DNA of 64,000 nt from Myxococcota bacterium (GTDB lineage Bacteria > Myxococcota_A > SURF-8 > G963663525). Shown in pieces: positions 49,850 to 61,100 of this stretch. The notes under the pieces are model-generated. The model did not search any database and was not told the origin of the DNA. It saw only the letters and a list, made by a program, of their open reading frames with translations. Within the stretch, counting starts at the first letter, position 1; each line of letters begins with the position of its first letter. The stretch covers positions 1 through 64,000 of the forward strand of contig CAXXVK010000043.1 of the NCBI GenBank assembly GCA_963676915.2, in the 5' to 3' direction. The position numbers and the translations under genes are program-made.

Positions 49850-51694
49850 GTGACGATGACAAAGCAAGCAAACTCGAAATGGGTTACGATTCTCGTCCAG
49901 CCTTTCGGCAAACGTCTTCGTGCAAAACCCGGAACCCTTATTAGCGAAATTTTGGTAAACGAGGGCTTTATGCTCCCCTTGGACTGTGGTGGCCACGGGG
50001 TTTGCGGAAGTTGCCGGGTGCGTCTCCAAGGAAAAACCAGCCCACCGGACGAGGCAGAGATTCGCTTGAAGCAATCCGGTCGTTTGAAAGAGGACGAACG
50101 TCTGGCCTGCAAAACCCGGATAGAAGGCGATTGCGAGGTGGAGTTCTCCCGCCCGATCAGCGCCGGAGCGGAAAGCTGGCTGTTGGACGAACGCAGTCTC
50201 GACACGCTGTCTTTCGACAATCCGTTGATTGTTTCGGTCCCGTTGCAAGCCAGTGCACCCAGCCTGGATGATCCTCGTGCCGACGCTACCCGCGTGCTGG
50301 AAGATTCGCCGTCCCTGCAAGCTTGTTCCCACCTCGTTGCGGATTACGCCGTAGCCCGCGAACTGTCCATGAACGCGAGAGACTGGAACTGGAATTTTTC
50401 CGGTTTTATGCGTAACGAGGAGTTGGTGGGGATCGCTCCTGCCGGTGAACATCCGTTGGGACTGGCCGTAGACCTCGGTTCGACCAAACTTGCCGCGTAC
50501 TTGATTGACCTTCACGACGGAAAAATCCTGACCTCACGGGGAAGCGTCAACCCGCAAATCACGTCTGGTGCAGACGTGGTGACTCGTCTGCAAAAGGCCG
50601 TAAGCGACCCGGAAAGTCATCGACAACTTGTGACGATGATTCGTTCGGCAATCAGCGACCTCGTGACGGATCTCAGTACTCAGGCAAAGGCGTCACCGAA
50701 TCAAATCGCCGAAGCCTGTATCGTCGGCAATACCGTAATGACTCATTTGTATGCCGATCTCCCTCTAAAGCAGCTTGGCGCACCTCCCTTCGTGGCCTGT
50801 CTGGATCATGCCGTGGATATCAAAGCCCGTGAACTGGGACTTGAACTGGCACCCGGAGCTTACGTACACCTGCCGCCTTCCATTGGAGGATACGTAGGAG
50901 CGGACAACGTAGCCATGATTCTCGGTGCGGATCTCGATCAACCTTCCGGGCTGCGCCTGGGATTGGATATCGGCACCAATACGGAACTGGTCCTTTCCCA
51001 CACCCGACGGGCAATTGTTCATCACCTCCGCCCCTTCCGGACCGACTTTCGAGGGTGCTCATCTGAGTTCCGGGATGCGTGCGCTTTCCGGTGCCATTTC
51101 GCGCATATGGTTCGACGAGAGCGGACTTCGCTCCGAAACGGTGGACGGTAGCCCAGCGGCAGGATTGTGCGGCTTCCGGCTCCATCGACGCTATTGCCCA
51201 GTTGCTCGAACAGGGGTGGGATCAACGACCGTGGACACCTGGACCGTAACCGGTCCGAAGTGCTGCTCAAAGACGGTGTTCCTGCAGTGGCTTTAGCCAT
51301 GGGCGAACAGACGGTCCACGGTGACCCCGTCCTGTTGACCCAAGCCGATATCAGCCAGATTCAACTAGCGAAAAGCGCTATTTATGCGGCAGCGGACTCC
51401 CTGATGCGCGAAGCGGGAGTTCAGGCAAACGAGCTTGACGAAATTCTGCTGGCAGGATCTTTCGGCAGTCACATCGATGTGGTCAGCGCTCGGCGCATTG
51501 GCCTGGTGCCTGATTGCGAGAAAGCCGTTTACAAGCAGATCGGCAATGCAGCGGGTACGGGGGCAAGGCATTTGCTCAACGATCACGCCTACCGCGAACG
51601 TGCCGCCATTCTTTCTACCAAAGCACGATACCTGGAACTTTCCAACAAACCCACCTTCAAAACCGCCTTTGCCAAAGCTCTACGATTCGTTTGA
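49850..51694 (+). CDS. ATP-dependent reductive activator of corrinoid enzymes (RACE/ASKHA, N-terminal 2Fe-2S); three +1 frameshifts in this sequence
   Basis: CGGHGVCGSC..RLAC (Fer2), AVDLGSTK, GYVGADNVA, LDIGTNTEL, SAPSGPTFEG, LAGSFGS, GNAAG. The frame shifts at about 50998, 51173 and 51215 and returns to the original frame. Confidence 0.9.
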
Positions 51695-51727
51695 TCGTCA
51701 CCAAACATCTGCTGGGGGGCTTGCTAG

Positions 51728-51900
51728 ATTGGATAATTCAGGAGAAATCGTCGCGATAGACTGAAAATCGACGGATTTTCATAAAGTTGTAACGATTTTA
51801 ACGGAAGTAACCGTGATTGGTTGTTGAGTGTAAAAATCGTGAAACGAGTGAAAAAAACGAGAATTTTCAAGTCTTTGCAGCTTTTTGTGAATTATTCGGA
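51728..51900. mobile_element. MITE-like element, copy 2 (degenerate, inverted relative to copy 1)
   Basis: 51858-51873 is the exact reverse complement of 38998-39013. 51777-51799 matches the reverse complement of 39073-39095 at 21 of 23 positions. Decayed termini ATTGGATAATTCA / TGAATTATTCGGA; 173 bp. Confidence 0.7.
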
Positions 51901-51993
51901 GCAATTTGTTTTCTTCAGGTGATCCGTACCAAATCAAACCCGGATGGAGTTTTCAAATAGGACGGTTTTGTATCGGTAAGAATCTCTTCAAGA

Positions 51994-52021
51994 TTGACAA
52001 CCATGGAATCCATAGTAAAAT
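51994..52021 (+). promoter_or_regulatory. Sigma70-type promoter of the giant surface protein gene
   Basis: TTGACA-N16-TAAAAT; the spacer holds the palindrome ATGGAATCCAT. Confidence 0.5.
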
Positions 52022-52135
52022 TCATATTATAGAGATAGGTTTAGTAAAAATGGCGATACGAGATCGAGGAGACTTGTTTTGTATCGTTGAAAACAAAGAT
52101 AAACGATGTAAAAAATTGATTGGGGAGATTGATTC

Positions 52136-55100
52136 ATGAAAAGGCAAGCCATATTAGGCGTTTTTGCCGCACTTCTTTTTTTGATTCCATTCACGAAAGC
52201 CAATGCTGAAACGATTGTCAGCAGCAACATCCGAAGCGATACGACATGGACGCTGGACGGAAGTCCTTACATTGTCACGACAACGATTACACTGAGTGCT
52301 TCTTCGGCCAACCAGTCCGTTGGGTTGACCATCGAACCCGGCGTGGAAGTTCGATTTGATGAAGGAGCTAGGTTGTACGTCGGTGACTATCGAAGCTACA
52401 ATAATTATTATGGTTGGCTTTATGCCGTGGGGACCGCTGACGCTCCCATTGTTTTTACCGCTAATTCTGATACACCGACACCGGGATACTGGTCCGGCCT
52501 CTATTTCAAAGACCAAAACCTGGACAACTCAACGGTACTTGACCATGTGGTTGTTGAGTATGGTCAACCCAATGTGTATGCAACGAATACGATTTTATCC
52601 ATAAAAAACAGCGACATCCGCTTTAGCGGCGGTCATGGCATCCAAATCGCCGACAATGCCAACGTCACGATTGGTGGCGAGGATATCGGCAACAACATTT
52701 ACCAGAATATCGGCAACGGCATCTATCAAGCCGACTCCAGCGTTTCGCTCACGATTGGACACAACGATATTTATGAAAACGATGGCGCCGCTCTTCGTGT
52801 TGGAGTGAACAACAATGTTTACGGCAATGTGATCCACGATAACGGCTACGATGAAATCCAAACCTGGGGAGGAAGACTCACTGGTGCCGTGACTTGGCGG
52901 AATCAGAACGTTCCCATCGTCGTGTTGGCATCGATCACCGTTCGGGCTTCGGCAGCGAATCAAACAACGGGGTTGACGATCGAACCTGGCATTGAGGTAC
53001 GTTTCAATCAAAACACCATGATTTATGTGGGTGAGTACTACAGCTACAACCACTACTATGGATGGATCCATGCTGCGGGAACGGCTGACGCTCCCATTGT
53101 TTTTACTGCTAACTCCGATGAGCCTACCCCAGGTTTTTGGGGTGGTCTCCATTTCCGGAATGAAACCACCGATGCATCAGTGGTGCTGGACCATATCGTT
53201 GTCGAGTACGGTCAGCCGAACATCTACGCTACGAACGCAACGTTTGCGATTACCAACAGCGAAATTCGCTACAGTGGAAGTATAGGAATCCATGTCGATA
53301 CTAGCGCCAACATCACCATTGGTGGAGAAGATCAAGGCAACAGTATTTATCAGAACGCAACGTACGGTATCTATCAGGCCGATACCAGTGTCTCCCTCAA
53401 TGTCAGCCACAATGAACTTTACGAAAATGGCAGCATTCCTATGCGGGTTTGTGCCATATCCAATACCTTTTCCAACTCGATCCATGGAAATGGTCAGGAT
53501 GTGATCCAAGTATGGGGAGGAAGGCTCAATCGCGATCTGACTTGGTACAATCAGAACGTTCCCATTGTCGTATTGGCATCGATTACTGTCCGCGCTGCAT
53601 CGGCAAACCAGACTGTTGGTTTGACCATCGAACCCGGTTTGGAAATCCGTTTTGATCAAAATACCAAGCTATATATCGGTGAATACACCTCTTATAACAA
53701 TTACAATGGATGGATCAACGCTTCGGGAACCGCAGAATCTCCCATTGTTTTCACAGCCAATTCCGATGAACCCACGGCGGGATTTTGGGGCGGTCTCCAC
53801 TTTCAAGATCAAACTACCGATGCATCGGTGGTGCTGGACCATATCGTTGTCGAGTACGGTCAGCCGAACATCTATGCCACGAATGCGACGTTCGCTATCA
53901 CCAACAGCGAGATCCGCTACAGTGGTAGCATAGGTATCCATGTCGATACTAGCGCCAACATCACCATTGGTGGTGAAGCTCAAGGTAACAGCATCTATCA
54001 GAACACGACCTACGGTATCTTTCAGGCTGATTCCGGCATTTCCCTCGACATCGGACACAATGAAATCTACGAAAACGGGGGTATTGCATTGTATCTAGGC
54101 AGAAATTTCAATGCCTATTCCAATTCTATCCATGATAACGGCTATGACATTCTTCAAACCAGAGGCGGGCAATTGGACAAAACCGTCACTTGGTACAACC
54201 AGAACGTCCCCATTATCGTCACGTCAACAATCACCGTGCGTTCAACCACGGCGAACCAGAATGTGGGTTTGACCATTCAGCCCGGTGTCGAAGTTCGCTT
54301 CAATGAGAATACCAAGATCTATTTCGGTCAATACGTTAGTTACAACCATTACAATGGTTGGATCAATGCGGCAGGAACGGCAGAGAACCCGATTGTTTTT
54401 ACCGCCAATTCCGATGAACCGACACCAGGATTCTGGGGCGGTCTTAGCTTTCGTAATGAAACAATAGACGATTCGGTTGTGCTCGATCATGTCATCATTG
54501 AGTACGGTCAGCCCAATCTCTATGCCTACGATGCTGCTTTTGCCATTACCAACAGTGAACTGCGTTTTAGCGGCAGCATGGGAATTCACATCGCCAATAA
54601 CGCCAACCTCACGATCGGCGGAGTGGATCAGGGAAATAAAATTTATCAAAACACGACCTACGGAATTTATCAGGATGATTCCAGCGTCATGCCCGATATC
54701 GGCTACAACGAGATCTACGAAAACGCGGGTATCGCTCTGCTCATGGGCAGGAATATGAATGTCCATGATAACAGCATTTACGACAACGGAACGAACCGTA
54801 TTCAGGTTCGCGGTGGCACTTTAACCGCTACCACAACCTGGCACAACCAAATCACTCCTGTTCCGATCGAACCTCTGGCTGAAATCACTATTCGTGCGTC
54901 GTCAGCCAACCAGTCTGCCGGGTTGACCATCGAACCCGGTGTGCAAATTCTCTGTAACCAGGATTTCCGATTCATTCTCGGTATTTATACCAGTTACAAC
55001 AACTATTACGGCTGGATCAACGCTACAGGGACGGCAGACAAGCCCATTGTTTTCACACCGAATACCGACGAACCGACACCGGGATTTTGGAAAGGAATTT

Positions 55101-58100
55101 ATTTCCGTGACCAGACCAACGATACCCTATCGGTTTTGTCTCATGTGGAAATGCATTATGCCGGGCAGGAAGGCACCGCTGCCATCTACCTGGCGAGTGC
55201 CAGTCCGACGATTACCGACTCGTTGATCGAGCACAGTGCGACGTACGGAATTTATGCCGACGACGGAGCGCTTAACGCAACGATTGCAAACAATACTTTC
55301 TTAAACAACGGGGCGGCTCCGATTTCCGTGCTTCCGAATGCCGTCGAAACGATTCGTGGCAACACAGGGCAGGGGCGAATCACGATTCGTGGTGGTACCC
55401 AAACTCGAACGGTAACACTTCACAAGCAGGATCTCGATTTTACCGTTTCTGGATCTATCACCGTACGATCCTCCTCGGCTAACCAATCCTCCGGCCTGAC
55501 GATAGAGCCTGGTACGAATATTCTCTTCGATGAAGGTACTTATATTCATGTGGGGATTTACACCAGCTACAATAATTATTATGGTTGGATCAATGCTACA
55601 GGTACGGCCAACAGTCCGATTGTTTTTACAGCCAACACCACGGAGCCTACACCCGGATTCTGGGGGGGGCTGAACTTCCGTGACCAAACCAACGACAGCT
55701 TGACGGTTCTCGATCACGTGATCGTTGAATATGGCCAACCCAATATCCAAGCTACCAATGCAGCGATAACGTTGAAAAACAGCGACATCCGTTTCAGTGG
55801 TACGAACGGCCTCCAATTTTCGGAAAACTCATGGGGGACGATAGGTACGGAGGACAACGGTAACAGGATTTACCGAAACACCAGTTACGGGATCTATCAA
55901 GATAACGGGAACGGAGTACCGGCAGTCGGTTACAACGAAATCTATGAAAACGGAGAAGTGGCTGCACGTTTAGGACGCAATTTCAACGCATATGGCAATG
56001 TTATTCACGACAATGGTGCCGATGAAGTGCAGACCTGGGGTGGAAGTCTGGATCGCAGTGTGACATGGCACAACCAGAACGTTCCCATCGTTGTATTGAA
56101 TTCTGTCACGGTTCGAGGGGCTTCTGCCAACCAGACTGTCGGCTTGACCATCGAGCCCGGCACGGAAATTCGATTCAATGAGGGGAAGACGCTGATTTTC
56201 GGTATCTACACAAGCTTCAACGATCACTATGGATGGATCAATGCCACGGGAACACCGGAAGCCCCCATCCTGTTCACCGCAAATGCCAATCCACCTACGC
56301 CGGGATTTTGGAACGGTATTTACTTCAGAACTCAAACCTCGGATGCCAATACGGTTCTTGACCACGTTATTGTCGAGTACGCAGGGTATAGCAGCAATGC
56401 CAATATTTATGCGGAGTCCGCAGCGGTTACGATTCAAAACTCGACCATTCGTCATAGTTCCAATACGGGAATCTATCTGGATGACGGTTCCAACGGTACG
56501 ACGATTACGGACAATGAATTTTACGATAACGCCGTAGCCGCTATCAGCGGGTTACCCAATGCCGTAAACAATATGTCGGGCAATGCCGGAGAGGGCCGCA
56601 TTCACATACGTGGTGGGAACTTTACACTGTCGAGCGGTACATGGCGACGGCAAGGATTGGACTATGAAGTGACGGGATCGGTTACCGTTCGTGGCTCCAG
56701 TGCCAACCAAACCTCTGTTCTCACGATCGATCCGGGTGTAACCGTGCGATTCCGAAGCGGAACGAACCTCTCCTTCGGTATTTATACAAGTTTCAATAAT
56801 CACTATGGTGCATTATGGGCCAAGGGACTCGAAAACCTGCCGATTCGCTTCAGTTCGGCTTCGGATCTTCCTGCTCCCGGCGATTGGAACGGACTTTATT
56901 TTCGTACCTACACCGTCGATGCCTCGACTACCATGGAAAACTGCATTGTGGAGTACGCTGGCACGAACGTGTACGTAGACAACGCCAATTTCGCATTCAG
57001 TAAAAATACGCTTCAATATGGAAACGCCAACGGCTTGACAGTTAGCGGAGGGCAGGCCGATGGCATGCTCATCGAGTGTAACAACTTCAAAGGTAACAAC
57101 GTGGGGGTTTCCATAACGGATGGAGCCGACCCCAGACTTTTCAACAATAACTTTATTGAAAATATCCAGGATGGCGTCAATAATTCTGGATCGTCTACGG
57201 GTATCGATGCCATCGGAAACTGGTGGAACGATCCGGGGGGACCGGCAACAGGCGATCCCGCGACCGGTGCCGTGCTGTATGAACCGGTTTTGACGGAGCC
57301 ATCCACGTGCGTTTCATTGCCGCCGGACAATTTCCCTCCCTACTCGCCCATGCATCCTACGCCGGAGGATGGTGCTACGGATGTAGCTCTCGATGAACTG
57401 AACAACCTCCAGCTTTCATGGCGTGGCGGAGATCCCGACCCGGCTGACGAAATCTTCTACGACGTGTATTTCTCCACCGATCCAGACGCGCTGATGCTTA
57501 TTGCATCGGATGTAACGGAAACCTCGTTTGAGGTTAACGATCTCGCTGTTGGGATGCGCTATTATTGGCAAGTCGTGGCCAAAGACGGAGCCGAAAATGA
57601 AACTCAGGGAGCGGTGTGGCAATTCGTTACTGCCGGTCCTCCTCCCGACTTGGCATTGAGCGGATTGGAGATCGATGTTCCCGAAGGTGGTCTATTCAGC
57701 GGAATGGAAACCACAATTCGGGTTACGGTCACGAATGTGGGGGCTGGGCCGGTTTCCATACCTTTTTCCACCGATTTAAATGTGAATCAAGCCTTGTACG
57801 AATCGCAGTCAATCGACCGGGTGATGATCACTGACGAGGCTGAAACGCTCTCTTTCACATGGCTTGCCAAAGCTGGAACCCATACCGGTGAATTTGTTGT
57901 GGATACGGATAATATCGTGGAGGAATCCGACGAAACAAACAATATCTTGACCTTCGATCTACCTGAAATTCCTTACCCTGACCTGGTTGTTCACGACATA
58001 TCGTTACTCACGGAAGTTCCGGTACAGGGTGAGATTTCCTCCGTGCAGGTTACGTTGGACAACCTTGGTGCGACGACGGTGAAAGACTTGCTTGTCGAAC

Positions 58101-61100
58101 TTGAATCGAGGGGAACAACCTTTTCGAACTGGCAAACCGGCGGTTTGGTAGCCGGAGACTTCCCGACACTTATCTTCGAAGTTCCAACACCCGCTGGAGA
58201 GTTTTCTGTCACTGCCTTTGTAGATGCAACCGGTCTTGTTACGGAATCGGATGAAGCAAACAACAGGGTGACTCAGACGCTAGCGACCATTCCTTATCCC
58301 GACTTGATGGGGATGGAACTGGTCGTCGATCCACCATCGCCATATATCAACGAGACCGTGACGGTTTCTCTTGCCTTGGGTAACGAAGGTGAAGGCGGCA
58401 CAGTTCTGCCATTCGACGTGGCACTGTATGTAGATGAAACCAAAGTCGATACTGTTCGGGTAAACGATCCCCTGCGTACTGCTGAGGATAGTATACCGGT
58501 AGAACTTGAATGGGTCGCTCAGTCGGGATTGCACACACTGGAGGTACGAATCGACGAAAAACTGGAAGTGGAAGAAAGCGATGAAGCGGACAATATCATT
58601 GCGGTGGGCGAGCTGGAAATGCTGCTTCCCGACTATGTTCCCACGCTATCCGACTTCCGGCCCGAGCAGATTTCTCAGGGTGAATCGGTTTATTTTACAG
58701 CTACGGTTGAAAACCAGGGAGAGGGCGCGAATATTTTACCGATAAAAGCTCGTTTCTATATCGATGATTCGGCTTTCAACACAACCGAAATGCTTACTTG
58801 GCTGGAAACCGGAGCCTTGGCACAAGTTACAAACGATACGGCGTGGAGAGCACAGGCCGGGGAACATTGCTATACCATTATCGTAAATCCGGACGGAAGT
58901 ATGCCGGAGGCCAACCTTGAGAACAATAGCATTACGGATTGCCTGCCGTTGATCGAGCAACCCGACCTGACATTGATCTCCCTGACGTATGATCCAACCG
59001 AACTTGTTCTGGGTAACGTCATTTCGTTCAGTACGACGGTTAAAAATGTGGGGACTGGAGATACCTGGCTTCCCTTCTCTATCGCGCTTTATGCCAATGA
59101 TTCCAGACAAGCGGGCGCGAAGACCGTGGAAATTCTTGAAGTTAACCAGGAGCAGACTGTTACCCTGCCATGGCGGGTAACATCCGGTGACTGGACGATC
59201 AAGGTTGTGGCGGATGCGGATGACAATGTGGAAGAATTCGATGAAACCAACAACGTTTCCGAACTTGTTTTACCACACATTTACAGCAAACCTGACATCA
59301 CCGTGTCTCTTGACGACTATGAGGGTGAAATCGTCTGGGGTGAACGCACCGTTTCCTGGACGGCCAGTCATAACGAAGAGGTTGAGATTTCTCGTGTACG
59401 TATCTATGCCAGACATAATGGAGATACATTGTTATCTGATACGACCGAGGCACTAGGTAACATACCTTGGGATACGTCTTCATTCCCGGATGGTACCTAC
59501 CGTTTACGGGGTATCGTCACGGATGCCAATGGCGCGGAAGACGAGTTTTTTACCGGTTCTTTCGAGGTGAAAAACGCCCGGTCGATTACATTGAGTTCCT
59601 CTCCAACATCCTGGCAATCAGGCAGAATCAATGAAGAACTCACGTTTCAGATTACGGTTCGCAATTTGCAACCCGAAGAAGATACGATCAAGATTTCTTC
59701 GATCAATTCGGACAATATTTTCAGTTTGGCGATCGATGATGCGGAACTCACTATTCCGGCTTGGGGTAGTTCTTCTACAACCGTTCGTTCTATAGCGGAT
59801 GCAACCGGTACTTATGCCTTCGTCGTTGAAGGCGTTTCCGACTCCAATCCGGCACTGGCAGACAGTGTTGATCTAAGTGTTCGAGTCAGCGATCCCTTCC
59901 GATTCTCGCTATCCCCTGACAATATCAGTACAAGCCTCGGCGACAAGTTGTCGTACTCGCTCATCGTCACCAACCAGTTGACCATTGCCGATACCTACAG
60001 TTTCTCTGTTTCCGGTTTCCCGGAAGGTTGGGTTACGACGCCAGATTCCGTGATGTTGAATCCCGGAGAAACTAGAATCGTAAGTATGACGGTTGAGGAA
60101 GTCGACCAGACCGGGGAATTCGAACTCACGGTTGAAACCACCTCCACCGAAACTGGAGTGATGAAATCGGAATCGAGCAGTCTGTCCACCGTTGCCGACC
60201 CGAAAATTACATGGCTTTGGCCGGAAAACGGCTACCGCAGTGGCAGTGACCGCATTCTGATTCAATGGGAAACCAACGTTTCGACATTGGCAACAGCTTA
60301 TGTACGTCACGATGGTGATACCGAATGGACATCATACGACGCACAGGATGGACTGTTTCATGGTGTTTGGATTGAAGGATTACAACGTAACACAACCTAC
60401 GAATATTACGTGGAAAGCACCAATGACTTTGGAAGTGCAACTTCCAACGTGCGTTCATTCACGGTTTTGAACGGAGTGGTATTTTCCGAAAGCAGTCATA
60501 ATTTTTCCTTGTACAGAGGCAAGAGCGAAGAATTTTCGATTTCCGTCCAGAATACGGACTCGATTCCTCACCAGATCATGGTCTATGTTCTAGACCCGCC
60601 TGAGGATCTGAACGTCGGGATTGTCGGGCCCGGTTCCGGTCGAGGTGAAACGCTGATCGTCCCCTCTGGAGGGGTGGCTTCTTTGACACTGGCAGCTCAT
60701 GCACAGGACAGTCTTTTGGATGACTATGCTTTTTCCTTGAACCTTGAAACGGTTGATGAGGGAACCGTCATTTTCGACCAAACACAGGTGGCGATTCATG
60801 TCATGGACCTGGCCGTCGATTTTTCCGTGGCATATGTTTCAGAGAATGCCGCAACATTGTCTCAACGCTACAGAATCACAAACCGTGGTGCGGCGATCAA
60901 CGACCTTAGCGTGATTTTGGATGAACTGCTCGCCGAAGGCGCGACGATCGTGCCGTTGATCGACCATGCCTTCCTCGATGAAGGCGAGACATTGGAGTTC
61001 GATGTTATTCCGGATATCACACCACCTTTCTCTGCAATTGGCGGAACGATGACCGTTACAGGCGGCGGACATACGGTTGAAAAAACGCTCACTTTCTCTT

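Noticed and set aside
52380-56820. DGR template/variable repeat pair among the beta-helix repeats
   Set aside because: All repeats are in-frame coding, the differences are largely synonymous third-position changes rather than adenine-specific, and no RT is present.
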